A stretch of 64,000 nt of DNA from a virus (taxonomy: Duplodnaviria; Heunggongvirae; Uroviricota; Caudoviricetes): IMG/VR virus record IMGVR_UViG_2724679058_000003; one strand, given 5' to 3'. The position numbers and the translations under genes are program-made. Below the pieces are notes generated by a model that ran no database searches, had not been told where the DNA came from, and saw nothing but the letters and a program-made list of their open reading frames with translations. Shown here piece by piece: positions 32,145 through 41,656 of this stretch. The stretch's first letter is position 1. Each line of letters begins with the position of its first letter.

Positions 32145-33338
32145 GTGACCTGGGACGATCACAAGAAGAATTTTGCTCGCCTGGCGCGAGATGGTGGTTA
32201 CACCATCGCACAGTATGCCGCCGAGTTTAATCTTAACCCTAATACCGCACGTCGTTATCTCCGTGCCTTCAAAGAAGACACCAGGACAGCGGACAGCCGC
32301 AAGCCAAATAAGCCAGTCAGGAAGCCACTAAAAAGCATGATCATTGATCACTCTAATGATCAACATTCAGGTGATCACATTGCGGCGGAAATAGCGGAAA
32401 AACAAAGAGTTAATGCCGTTGTCAGTGCCGCAGTAGAGAATGCGAAGCGCCAAAATAAGCGCATAAATGATCGTTCAGATGATCATGACGTGATCACCCG
32501 CGCCCACCGGACCTTACGTGATCGCCTGGAACGCGACACCCTGGATGATGATGGTGAACGCTTTGAATTCGAAGCTGGCGATTACCTGATAGATAACGTT
32601 GAAGCGCGGAAGGCCGCGCGCGCTATGTTGCGTCGGTCCGGGGCCGATGTTCTGGAAACCACTCTTCTTGAAAAGTCTCTTTCTCATCTCCTTATGCTGG
32701 AGAACGCCAGGGATACGTGTATTCGCTTGGTGCAGGAAATGCGCGATCAGCAAAAAGCCGATGATGAAGGTACTCCGCCTGAATACCGTATCGCGAGCAT
32801 GCTAAACAGCTGTTCCGCGCAGATAAGCAGCCTGATCAACACCATTTACAGCATCCGGAATAACTATCGAAAAGAAAGCCGGGAGGCGGAAAAGCACGCT
32901 TTATCTATGGGGCAAGCTGGCATTGTTAAGCTGGCATACGAACGAAAGCGTGAAAATAACTGGTCAGTGCTGGAAGCGGCTGAATTCATCGAGGCGCATG
33001 GAGGGAAAGTGCCGCCCCTGATGCTGGAACAAATCAAAGCCGATCTGCGTGCTCCTAAGACAAATACCGATGATGAGGAAAGGCAAACTGCCGTCGGTGG
33101 CCCTTCTCTTGAAGATCTGGACAAAGTTGCGCGAGAACGGGCCGCCAACCGCCGCGCCGATGCTGCATTGTGGATTGAGCAACGTAGGGAAGAAATCGCC
33201 GATATCGTTGATACAGGCGGTTATGGAGATGTTGATACTGAAGGTGTATCAAACGAACCATGGCTGGAACAAGACCTGGACGAAGACGAGGAGGAAGACG
33301 AAGAAGTTACCCGCAAGCTATACGGGGATGATGATTAA
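32145..33338 (+). CDS. pacA: Terminase small subunit PacA
   Basis: ORF 397 aa, GTG start after AGGAAG; contains pac hexamer clusters; acidic C-terminus. Confidence 0.85.
   Translation: MTWDDHKKNFARLARDGGYTIAQYAAEFNLNPNTARRYLRAFKEDTRTADSRKPNKPVRKPLKSMIIDHSNDQHSGDHIAAEIAEKQRVNAVVSAAVENAKRQNKRINDRSDDHDVITRAHRTLRDRLERDTLDDDGERFEFEAGDYLIDNVEARKAARAMLRRSGADVLETTLLEKSLSHLLMLENARDTCIRLVQEMRDQQKADDEGTPPEYRIASMLNSCSAQISSLINTIYSIRNNYRKESREAEKHALSMGQAGIVKLAYERKRENNWSVLEAAEFIEAHGGKVPPLMLEQIKADLRAPKTNTDDEERQTAVGGPSLEDLDKVARERAANRRADAALWIEQRREEIADIVDTGGYGDVDTEGVSNEPWLEQDLDEDEEEDEEVTRKLYGDDD
32338..32496 (+). other. pac packaging site: 4 + 3 TGATCA/G hexamers (Dam GATC sites) within pacA
   Basis: TGATCA at 32338, 32345, 32357, 32372 and TGATCG/TGATCA at 32468, 32480, 32491. 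Confidence 0.7.
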
Positions 33339-34822
33339 TGGCCAGAAGTTGCGTAACGGATCCACGTTGGCGCGAGCTGGTGGCGCTATATCGTTATGAC
33401 TGGATTGCGGCCGCTGATGTTTTGTTCGGCAAAACACCTACCTGGCAGCAGGATCTGATTATTGAGTCTGTGCAGGAACAGGGTAGCAAGACATCTGTTT
33501 CGTCTGGTCACGGTACCGGGAAATCAGACATGACTTCTATCATGATCATGTTGTTCATAATCATGTATCCCGGTGCCCGTGCCATTATCGTTGCGAACAA
33601 AATTCAGCAGGTAATGACCGGTATATTCAAGTACATCAAGATAAACTGGGCTACGGCCACCAGCCGTTTTCCATGGCTTGCTGATTATTTTGTTCTGACA
33701 GAAACCGCTTTTTATGAAGTTACTGGTAAAGGTGTATGGACTGTAGTACCGAAGGGCTTTCGTCTGGGAAGTGAAGAAGCTCTCGCAGGTGAACACGCAG
33801 ATCATCTTCTGTATATTATCGATGAAGCCTCCGGTGTCAGTGATAGAGCTTTCGGTATCATCACCGGTGCTCTTACCGGACAGGATAACCGCATCTTATT
33901 GCTGTCACAGCCTACACGCCCAAGCGGCTATTTCTACGATACTCACCATAAACTGGCCAAGCGTCCTGGTAACCCTGATGGCGTTTATACGGCGATCACG
34001 CTTAACAGTGAGGAATCACCGCTGGTAACGCCAGCATTTATCAAAATGAAGCTGGCGGAGTACGGCGGGCGTGATAACCCTATGTACATGATTAAGGTAC
34101 GCGGCCTATTCCCTAAATCACAGGATGGCTTCCTTCTTGGACGTGATGAGGTTGAACGTGCAACGCGGCGGAAAGTCAAGATTGCCAAAGGATGGGGCTG
34201 GCTTGCATGTGTGGACGTTGCTGGTGGTACGGGACGGGATAAGTCCGTTATCAATATCATGATGGTGTCCGGCCAGCGAAATAAACGCCGTGTAATCAAC
34301 TATCGAATGCTGGAATACACAGACGTTACAGAAACGCAGCTTGCCGCCAAAATTTTCGCAGAATGTAATCCTGAGCGATTCCCAAATATCACCATAGCGA
34401 TAGACGGCGATGGCCTGGGTAAAGCAACGGCGGATCTGATGTACGAGTATTATGGTATTACCGTACAGCGTATACGCTGGGGTAAAAAGATGCATAGCCG
34501 TGAAGATAAGAGCCTGTACTTTGATAAACGTGCTTATGCCAACGTTCAAGCCGCAGAGGCCGTAAAATCTGGTCGTATGAGACTGGATAAGGGTAATGAA
34601 ACTATTGAGGAAGCGTCGAAAATCCCTGTAGGGATTAACTCCGCAGGTCAATGGAAGGTGATGAGTAAGGAGGATATGAAGAAAAAACTCAACCTGCACT
34701 CACCAGACCATTGGGATACATATTGTTTCGCTATGCTGGCTGATTATGTTCCCCAGGATGAAGTGCTTAGCGTCGAAGACGAAGCGCAGGTTGATGAAGC
34801 TCTGGCATGGCTTAATGAATAA
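33338..34822 (+). CDS. pacB: Terminase large subunit PacB
   Basis: ORF 494 aa; Walker A GHGTGKS; ATGA overlap with pacA. Confidence 0.85.
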   Translation: MARSCVTDPRWRELVALYRYDWIAAADVLFGKTPTWQQDLIIESVQEQGSKTSVSSGHGTGKSDMTSIMIMLFIIMYPGARAIIVANKIQQVMTGIFKYIKINWATATSRFPWLADYFVLTETAFYEVTGKGVWTVVPKGFRLGSEEALAGEHADHLLYIIDEASGVSDRAFGIITGALTGQDNRILLLSQPTRPSGYFYDTHHKLAKRPGNPDGVYTAITLNSEESPLVTPAFIKMKLAEYGGRDNPMYMIKVRGLFPKSQDGFLLGRDEVERATRRKVKIAKGWGWLACVDVAGGTGRDKSVINIMMVSGQRNKRRVINYRMLEYTDVTETQLAAKIFAECNPERFPNITIAIDGDGLGKATADLMYEYYGITVQRIRWGKKMHSREDKSLYFDKRAYANVQAAEAVKSGRMRLDKGNETIEEASKIPVGINSAGQWKVMSKEDMKKKLNLHSPDHWDTYCFAMLADYVPQDEVLSVEDEAQVDEALAWLNE

Positions 34823-34846
34823 CTCATTGACCATGCCGGATAGAAA

Positions 34847-35698
34847 CTATTGCGCGCTTTCGGGGTTGTCGTTTACTGGCTGCCCCTTCTTAGTTTTACG
34901 GCTGCGCGTAACTGATGCGGCTGATTTGACCTTTTTCTCTTCGCGAGTGATGGCAATTTGTTTTTTTACATTTTCAATATCTGCCAGGCGATATATTTTT
35001 GCCTGCGGCCAGCGGTCGCAGATGATCGGTTCTATAGAGTCATAAAGGCTAAATTTTGCTTTCTCGAATTCACCGTTGATGATGATTCCATCACGGAGAG
35101 TTTCATCGCAGATAAACACACCACACAGCGGCACATGGTAACTAACTGATTTACCATCATTGTAGTTAGGGCTACTGGAAATGTAATGGACGCGCAGCAT
35201 TGTTTCGCTAAAGCCGTGTACACGCATACGGAATTTTTCATCCTCCGGGTACTGCTTCATTAGCTCTTTTGTTGCTTCCAGGTTCTCTATGTATTTCGCA
35301 CTGTGCTCATTGATCCCCGCGCTTTTCTGGATGCGAATGTCCTTATCAATCAGATGAATAATGCGGCCAGCGGTCATGTTGACGCTGTTCACAGCTTCTG
35401 TCTGATAAGTTGTAACCTTACGCACACCGCGAAGGATGTTAGGCACTGGATATAAAATAGTCTTTGGGATATTGAGGTCTGGGTACTGTTCCAGTTCCCG
35501 CGCCATTAAAGTCCATTTATCAATTTCAGCCTGAATGCTGTCCGTTTCTTTGAACGGCAGAACGACAACCGGGCGTACAGGACGACCGTCGCTGGCGGCA
35601 TCAACGTGTTGGGCGCGTGCAACAGCTTTTTTTAGAAAGAGATCCCTGAAGCTGACGAACTCCTGGTACAGTTGTTCGCCGTAGACATAATTTATCAT
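34847..35698 (-). CDS. c1: C1 repressor of lysogeny
   Basis: ORF 283 aa MINYVYGEQLYQEF... recognised as P1 C1; operator-like motif upstream at ~35793. Confidence 0.85.
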   Translation of the reverse strand: MINYVYGEQLYQEFVSFRDLFLKKAVARAQHVDAASDGRPVRPVVVLPFKETDSIQAEIDKWTLMARELEQYPDLNIPKTILYPVPNILRGVRKVTTYQTEAVNSVNMTAGRIIHLIDKDIRIQKSAGINEHSAKYIENLEATKELMKQYPEDEKFRMRVHGFSETMLRVHYISSSPNYNDGKSVSYHVPLCGVFICDETLRDGIIINGEFEKAKFSLYDSIEPIICDRWPQAKIYRLADIENVKKQIAITREEKKVKSAASVTRSRKTKKGQPVNDNPESAQ

Positions 35699-35808
35699 TG
35701 ATCCTCCTCCAGAATTGACATGGCCAACAACTCACAGCGGATTACACTGGGAGTTGTTGGCCACCATTATAGAAGGATCCAACGAAAATAATAGATTTAT
35801 TAGTGCAT

Positions 35809-36018
35809 TTATTGTGAGTCTGGCTGGTTAGTGGCCATGAGATATTCGATTGTGTCAGTGAGATCATCCAGGTCGTCTTGGGTGATGCGGTACTCCTGAT
35901 TGGATATCTTTGAGTAGTGTTCAGCAATGGCGCGGGCAGCGTCGGTTTCGGCGGGGTCTACAGATAAAGCGTTAGAGCAATGTCTAACGTCGTCGATGGT
36001 TGGTGGAATGAAAGCCAT
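35809..36018 (-). CDS. coi: C1 inactivator Coi
   Basis: ORF 69 aa immediately upstream of c1; contains reverse operator TTAGAGCAAT at 35972. Confidence 0.7.
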   Translation of the reverse strand: MAFIPPTIDDVRHCSNALSVDPAETDAARAIAEHYSKISNQEYRITQDDLDDLTDTIEYLMATNQPDSQ

Positions 36019-36257
36019 AATTATGCCTCACTGTATTGACAACACAGAGCCTGAAGCTCTGACCTACTGTTTCACCCATGATCCATGCTGGGGTAATCTA
36101 ACAACATTGCGCTGTGTGTAAGATGAGCAATGCATAGCTGTAATGCCGTTGTATAAGGTTTCCCTGTTTGCTCATTTCCTTCTGAGCCGCTCTACAACGC
36201 TGAAGACACATTAAATAGTGAATCCAAAGTCGTATTACGAAACGGCGGCAAAACTAT

Positions 36258-36273
36258 AATTTATTAGAGCAAT
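36258..36273 (-). promoter_or_regulatory. C1 operator (reverse orientation)
   Basis: AATTTATTAGAGCAAT. Confidence 0.55.
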
Positions 36274-36339
36274 TGTCAAACAACTATGAAAAACAATCCA
36301 GTTTTTGGCTGGTGGAGTGGGATTTTTCTCTCAAAATTT

Positions 36340-36356
36340 ATTGCTCTAATAATTCT
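36340..36356 (+). promoter_or_regulatory. C1 operator
   Basis: ATTGCTCTAATAATTCT followed by TTGATT. Confidence 0.55.
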
Positions 36357-36399
36357 TGATTTTTATGCGCAGCTGGACGTAAACTCCTCTTCGGACCTA

Positions 36400-36433
36400 A
36401 TAACTTCGTATAGCATACATTATACGAAGTTAT
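36400..36433 (+). other. loxP recombination site
   Basis: Exact ATAACTTCGTATAGCATACATTATACGAAGTTAT (13-bp inverted repeats, 8-bp spacer). Confidence 0.97.
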
Positions 36434-36452
36434 CTTAAGGGTTATTGAACAT

Positions 36453-36592
36453 GATCAATTTACCTGTAAATCCATACAGTTCAATACCTTATCAGGTCAA
36501 ATAGTGATCACTTGATCATTTGATCAAGGTTGCGCTACGTAAAATCTGCGAAATGTTGGCAGTGTTAGTGCTCCAGATTTCGCGTAGCGCAC
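36453..36592. promoter_or_regulatory. GATC cluster and imperfect palindrome between loxP and cre (candidate Dam-sensitive cre promoter region)
   Basis: GATC at 36453, 36506, 36514, 36522; GCGCTACG...CGTAGCGC arms 36532-36590. Confidence 0.45.
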
Positions 36593-36622
36593 TTAGCACC
36601 ACCAATCAATCAGAGGTGAAAA

Positions 36623-36844
36623 ATGGGATATTCAGCTGCTAAAGTGTCCACTCATCTTGAGCTTGAGAAAAATCGTGGTTACTGGCGGGCAAAAGGGTTT
36701 GATCGTGATAGTTGCCAACTGTCATTATCGCGCGGTGAAGAAAAGATAGAACGCACGCGCGGTCGCTGGCGTTTCTATGACGAGAACCATAAACAGGTAA
36801 AGGCAGAGCCGATCCTGTACACTTTACTTAAAACCATTATCTGA
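36623..36844 (+). CDS. Small hypothetical protein between loxP and cre
   Basis: ORF 73 aa with GAGGTG RBS. Confidence 0.4.
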   Translation: MGYSAAKVSTHLELEKNRGYWRAKGFDRDSCQLSLSRGEEKIERTRGRWRFYDENHKQVKAEPILYTLLKTII

Positions 36845-36851
36845 GTGTTAA

Positions 36852-37883
36852 ATGTCCAATTTACTGACCGTACACCAAAATTTGCCTGCATTGCCGGTCG
36901 ATGCAACGAGTGATGAGGTTCGCAAGAACCTGATGGATATGTTCAGGGATCGCCAGGCGTTTTCTGAGCATACCTGGAAAATGCTTCTGTCCGTTTGTCG
37001 GTCATGGGCGGCATGGTGCAAGTTGAATAACCGGAAATGGTTTCCCGCAGAACCTGAAGATGTCCGCGATTATCTTCTATATCTTCAGGCGCGCGGTCTG
37101 GCAGTAAAAACTATCCAGCAACATTTGGGCCAGCTAAACATGCTTCATCGTCGGTCCGGGCTGCCACGACCAAGTGACAGCAATGCTGTTTCACTGGTCA
37201 TGCGGAGGATCCGAAAAGAAAACGTTGATGCCGGTGAACGTGCAAAACAGGCACTAGCGTTCGAACGCACTGATTTCGACCAGGTTCGTTCACTCATGGA
37301 AAATAGCGATCGCTGCCAGGATATACGTAATCTGGCATTTCTGGGGATTGCTTATAACACCCTGTTACGTATAGCCGAAATTGCCAGGATCAGGGTTAAA
37401 GATATCTCACGTACTGACGGTGGGAGAATGTTAATCCATATTGGCAGAACGAAAACGCTGGTTAGCACCGCAGGTGTAGAGAAGGCACTTAGCCTGGGGG
37501 TAACTAAACTGGTCGAGCGATGGATTTCTGTCTCTGGTGTGGCTGATGATCCGAATAACTACTTGTTTTGCCGGGTCAGAAAAAATGGTGTTGCCTCGCC
37601 ATCATCCACCAGCCAGCTATCAACTCGCGCCCTGGAAGGGATTTTTGAAGCAACTCACCGATTGATTTACGGGGCTAAGGATGACTCTGGTCAGAGGTAC
37701 CTGGCCTGGTCTGGACACAGTGCCCGTGTCGGAGCCGCGCGAGATATGGCCCGCGCCGGAGTTTCAATACCGGAGATCATGCAAGCTGGTGGCTGGACCA
37801 ACGTAAATATTGTCATGAACTATATCCGTAATCTGGATAGTGAAACGGGGGCAATGGTGCGCCTGCTGGAAGATGGTGATTAG
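36852..37883 (+). CDS. cre: Cre site-specific tyrosine recombinase
   Basis: 343 aa MSNLLTVHQNLPALPVDATSDEVRKNLMDMFRDRQAFSEH...; Cre sequence with very few substitutions. Confidence 0.97.
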   Translation: MSNLLTVHQNLPALPVDATSDEVRKNLMDMFRDRQAFSEHTWKMLLSVCRSWAAWCKLNNRKWFPAEPEDVRDYLLYLQARGLAVKTIQQHLGQLNMLHRRSGLPRPSDSNAVSLVMRRIRKENVDAGERAKQALAFERTDFDQVRSLMENSDRCQDIRNLAFLGIAYNTLLRIAEIARIRVKDISRTDGGRMLIHIGRTKTLVSTAGVEKALSLGVTKLVERWISVSGVADDPNNYLFCRVRKNGVASPSSTSQLSTRALEGIFEATHRLIYGAKDDSGQRYLAWSGHSARVGAARDMARAGVSIPEIMQAGGWTNVNIVMNYIRNLDSETGAMVRLLEDGD

Positions 37884-37900
37884 CCGTCAATGTACAATAA

Positions 37901-37917
37901 ATTGCTCTAATTATTTG
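37901..37917 (+). promoter_or_regulatory. C1 operator
   Basis: ATTGCTCTAATTATTTG 17 nt upstream of next ORF. Confidence 0.55.
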
Positions 37918-37933
37918 ATATTTATGGTGGCAT

Positions 37934-38245
37934 ATGAGAAAGGATTTCAACATCGACGGAAAATATGTAGTGCTGTCTGTAAGCACTAATATTCAGTCGC
38001 CAGCCGTCATTGTCACTGTAAAGCTGAGCGATAGAATGCCTGATATTGACTCAATATCCGTTGCGTTCCCTGTCAAAAGTATGCGTAGTGCTGAACATTT
38101 CGTGATGAATGCCACCGAGGAAGAAGCACGGCGCGGTTTTGCCAGAGTGATGTCTGAGTTTGGCGAATTTTTGGGGCACGTTGACAAAGCCCTCTCAATC
38201 AGTTCAGCAAGGTCCAAAGCATTAACAGCTTCCATGATGAAATAA
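37934..38245 (+). CDS. Hypothetical protein downstream of cre (P1 cra position)
   Basis: ORF 103 aa. Confidence 0.5.
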   Translation: MRKDFNIDGKYVVLSVSTNIQSPAVIVTVKLSDRMPDIDSISVAFPVKSMRSAEHFVMNATEEEARRGFARVMSEFGEFLGHVDKALSISSARSKALTASMMK

Positions 38246-38376
38246 AAAAAGCCTGGCAAGGAGCCAGGCTGCACAAAAGAGCGGGTTTGTATTCCGCATC
38301 CAATCAATCAAGAAGGAGTATAGCACACAGGTACTGAAGTGAAAAAATGTGATTCGCGATAAACAAAATATCTAAC

Positions 38377-38406
38377 ATTGCTCTAATTGATTGCTATAAT
38401 TGAGCC
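38377..38406 (+). promoter_or_regulatory. Tandem overlapping C1 operators with embedded TATAAT
   Basis: ATTGCTCTAATTGATTGCTATAATTGAGCC upstream of ref-like gene. Confidence 0.6.
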
Positions 38407-38492
38407 GCAGTTTTTGTCAACTACGAAGACGTTGCCATTACTTCACTCCTTGACATCATTGGCGGCCATTAGGCCGCCTTTTTTTTGACCAT

Positions 38493-39053
38493 ATGAAAAC
38501 AATCGAACAAAAAATTGAACAGTGCCGCAAGTGGCAGAAGGCAGCCAGAGAACGAGCGATCGCTCGGCAACGGGAGAAGTTGGCTGATCCGGTCTGGCGA
38601 GAATCTCAATATCAGAAAATGCGGGATACTATCGACCGCCGTATCGCTAAACAGAAAGAACGCCCACCAGCCAGCAAAACGCGGAAAAGCGCGGTAAAAA
38701 TAAAATCTCGTGGCTTGAAGGGGAGAACACCAACGGCGGAGGAACGGCGCATCGCCAATGCTCTTGGCGCTCTCCCCTGCATTGCCTGCTATATGCATGG
38801 AGTAATATCTAATGAGGTGTCTCTGCACCATATCGCCGGTCGTACCGCGCCGGGTTGTCATAAAAAGCAATTGCCACTTTGTAGATGGCACCACCAGCAT
38901 GCAGCACCGGCTGAAGTAAGAGCAAAATACCCCTGGCTGGTCCCTGTTCATGCCGATGGTGTGGTTGGAGGCAAGAAAGAATTCACCCTGCTGAACAAGT
39001 CAGAGATGGAGTTACTGGCTGACGCCTATGAGATGGCAAACATCATGCACTAA
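38493..39053 (+). CDS. ref: HNH-fold recombination enhancement function Ref-like protein
   Basis: ORF 186 aa; CIACYMHG ... SLHHIAGR ... CRWHH; size and position match P1 Ref. Confidence 0.75.
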   Translation: MKTIEQKIEQCRKWQKAARERAIARQREKLADPVWRESQYQKMRDTIDRRIAKQKERPPASKTRKSAVKIKSRGLKGRTPTAEERRIANALGALPCIACYMHGVISNEVSLHHIAGRTAPGCHKKQLPLCRWHHQHAAPAEVRAKYPWLVPVHADGVVGGKKEFTLLNKSEMELLADAYEMANIMH

Positions 39054-39094
39054 TAAATATATTATTTTAATGATAAATGATTGACAACTGACAA

Positions 39095-39883
39095 GTGACT
39101 TCAGTCAGAATCATCACACGCCCGGTACGGATGGATCCCTTTTCAAATATTCCATGGACGGCACAGTCTGAGTACCGGGCGCTACCTTCAGTTGTATTGC
39201 TAAGCCGCCGCTGGTGGCTTTTCTTTTTTGTAGGGGGCGCTATGGATAAGAAAATATGCGTTGTTTCGATGAGCGTCGGCAAACCGGCGTCAATGACTGC
39301 TGCATGGATCAATAACGAGCTGATAATGGCTGAGCGGACCAGCTACCCTGAACGCCGCCGCGACATGGAACTCCAGCTGCTGCGCGAATTGCGAGAAAAA
39401 GAGGAAAAGGGTTTTATCGTGCTGGTGGAAGAGGAAAACAGCTTTATTACTGGTCGAGTTGGCCAGCGTGTAAGGTTGCGCGATCCCTTCATGAACGGCA
39501 GGCCGGTACTAATTGAGGCAATGCAGATTTATAAGGAGCTAGAACGCCAGAAAGCAATCAAGTTACCGCGCAAGGAATCCGGCAAATACATCCTCCACCA
39601 AAGCATCTTCGATTCCGAACACGATAAAAAAGGCGATGAATTTTTCAACATCAACTGGAGCGAAATAACGACAGAGCATGTTCTGACGTTACTATGTTGC
39701 TTTGCGACGGAATACAACAACGTTGCCAGCGCCGACTACATCAGGGCAATGGTTGGAGAAATTGATGCCCGCCAAGAACCGTCGTTACTAAGCTCCCTTG
39801 TGAATATAATTCAAGCTACTCATGAAATGACCGCACGGAAAGTGCCTCAAGGTTCATTAACCGGCAGAGATAATTATCTTTAA
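39095..39883 (+). CDS. Hypothetical protein (P1 mat position)
   Basis: ORF 262 aa. Confidence 0.5.
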   Translation: MTSVRIITRPVRMDPFSNIPWTAQSEYRALPSVVLLSRRWWLFFFVGGAMDKKICVVSMSVGKPASMTAAWINNELIMAERTSYPERRRDMELQLLRELREKEEKGFIVLVEEENSFITGRVGQRVRLRDPFMNGRPVLIEAMQIYKELERQKAIKLPRKESGKYILHQSIFDSEHDKKGDEFFNINWSEITTEHVLTLLCCFATEYNNVASADYIRAMVGEIDARQEPSLLSSLVNIIQATHEMTARKVPQGSLTGRDNYL

Positions 39884-39890
39884 ACTTCTT

Positions 39891-39909
39891 GGGCGCTAAC
39901 TATGCGCCC
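39891..39909. terminator. Hairpin between convergent genes
   Basis: GGGCGC-TAACTAT-GCGCCC. Confidence 0.4.
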
Positions 39910-39925
39910 ACGCCCATTACATTAA

Positions 39926-40876
39926 TTAATCAATAAATACACGGAATGGCTCAAGCATCCCTTCAGGATCTTTATCCTCGTCACCAAGTGATATTAGTCT
40001 TCTGGCGAGTAGTTTTACGTCATCATCATCTTTAATGAAGCCAACCTGATCATTATTAAAATAGATATCGATTATTTTTAGGATTTGCTCTTGTGTAAAA
40101 TGATTGAATTTTAATAACTTTGCTACAACTCGATGTGTTGTGGCAAAACTGCCTGAGCGGCGTAATTCATCTATAGTGAAATTAACTTCCATTTCCGCTA
40201 AGTTACTGGCTTGAGGAAAGTGCTCACCTATAAACTCTGATAAGCGGGCATAGATATGTGGTTCTGAATCTTTCTTCTTTTTCCACTCGTACTTCAAATA
40301 CTCATTCATATCATCCTTTATAAAGGCACTTTTATAATCACCATCTTCAGTTATAATGTATATATCCTCTCCGTTTGGTATCGCCTTTAGCAAACACTCC
40401 CAATTGACTGCATCACCATATGATTTATTTTTACCCGGAGGGTTGCCAAGATCGAATCGGCGTTTCCCTTTTTCTATTGTTTCATCATCAGCCTCTATCT
40501 TAGACGCTGCATCAAAAATCCTTTTAATTACAACATCGGCAGCTAAAGACTCTTCTTTAAATAAGTTCTGTATATCGGTAATAATTTCATTCTTTAGCCG
40601 ACTAGCTTCTATAACCTTATCATTAAATAGTGAATGTTTTTCATGCTGCCTGAAAATCTGTGGTAGCGCGGGCTTGTAGTCTTTTGCAATTTCCTTTATG
40701 GTTTCAGAGAGAACTTTAGAACGATTTCTCCAGAACTCATTCACTAAAAGTTCTGGCAACCAAAGTTTTAAACGACCATATTGATGTAAGGCAAATACTT
40801 TATCTAGCTCATCTAGTTTATCCTTACCCATTCGATAAAATTCCAAATATAGATTTGTATCAATAAAAACATTCAT
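39926..40876 (-). CDS. PIN-like nuclease-fold protein, AT-rich cargo gene in res/mod slot
   Basis: ORF 316 aa; MNVFIDTNLYLEFY and IYIITEDGDY acidic motifs; own TATAAT and AGGA upstream; markedly lower GC than flanks. Confidence 0.6.
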   Translation of the reverse strand: MNVFIDTNLYLEFYRMGKDKLDELDKVFALHQYGRLKLWLPELLVNEFWRNRSKVLSETIKEIAKDYKPALPQIFRQHEKHSLFNDKVIEASRLKNEIITDIQNLFKEESLAADVVIKRIFDAASKIEADDETIEKGKRRFDLGNPPGKNKSYGDAVNWECLLKAIPNGEDIYIITEDGDYKSAFIKDDMNEYLKYEWKKKKDSEPHIYARLSEFIGEHFPQASNLAEMEVNFTIDELRRSGSFATTHRVVAKLLKFNHFTQEQILKIIDIYFNNDQVGFIKDDDDVKLLARRLISLGDEDKDPEGMLEPFRVFID

Positions 40877-40937
40877 ATCACATCCTAATTATAAGTAATT
40901 TAGGCCACTCTAAAAAATAAAGTGGCCTAATAAGAAA

Positions 40938-41186
40938 TCAATCAGCATTCAGAAGCAATGCGTTATCTATGATGATCTGCTCCCATTCTTCGAATGCCCG
41001 ATCGCGGACACCTTGGGGAACACTGTTAGTTTTGAAATCGACGACCGTCCGCCATTTCCCGTCCGGGCGGTACATGCGCAGAGCTTTACTTCCCCCTTCC
41101 CTGCGCACCTCAACGTTATGCTTGTCAGCAAACTCTTGTAATGCTCGTAGCGTCCCATGCTTTACTGTGTAGTATCGCTTTTTCAA
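40938..41186 (-). CDS. lxc: Small protein (P1 Lxc position)
   Basis: ORF 82 aa, last gene of darB-type operon. Confidence 0.45.
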   Translation of the reverse strand: MKKRYYTVKHGTLRALQEFADKHNVEVRREGGSKALRMYRPDGKWRTVVDFKTNSVPQGVRDRAFEEWEQIIIDNALLLNAD

Positions 41187-41623
41187 GTTTTCTCTCCAGC
41201 CTGTGCCAAGGCTTCAACTTCCAAATCGTAAGACTCAAACTCATAGTCCTGGTCGTCAACTTCTTCAGGCACTGGCAGTAAATGCCAGGCTGAGTATATC
41301 TGACCATTATCAAAACGCTCCTGGCTGTAGAGCGTCGCGGCTATGAGTGTTAGCGCCGGGCGGTCATAACGGTAAATTTTGCGAACGTCACGGTCAACGA
41401 GACGACCGAAATTACCATAACCGCGCTCCAGTAATAATTTTTTAATTTCCGGCCAGTATGGACCATAGCTGCGGTACAGGCGGGGATTTTTCAGTAATCG
41501 CCCGCGTAGCCCTGACAGGAAGAAATCAACGTATTCGTCTTCTGTCTTTCCTAACAACGCCGTACGCAGTACCGCCTCAAGATATGTTTTATTCGGTTTT
41601 ATTGTATCAGATAGTGTGGCCAT
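41183..41623 (-). CDS. ulx: Hypothetical protein (P1 Ulx position)
   Basis: ORF 146 aa between darB-like gene and lxc. Confidence 0.45.
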   Translation of the reverse strand: MATLSDTIKPNKTYLEAVLRTALLGKTEDEYVDFFLSGLRGRLLKNPRLYRSYGPYWPEIKKLLLERGYGNFGRLVDRDVRKIYRYDRPALTLIAATLYSQERFDNGQIYSAWHLLPVPEEVDDQDYEFESYDLEVEALAQAGEKT

Positions 41624-41656
41624 ATTATGCGACGCCCGGCGAACCGGGCGCTCCTG

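Noticed and set aside
39926-40876. IS element or transposase in the res/mod slot
   Set aside because: No transposase motifs (DDE, HTH-integrase) and no terminal inverted repeats; single PIN-like ORF only.
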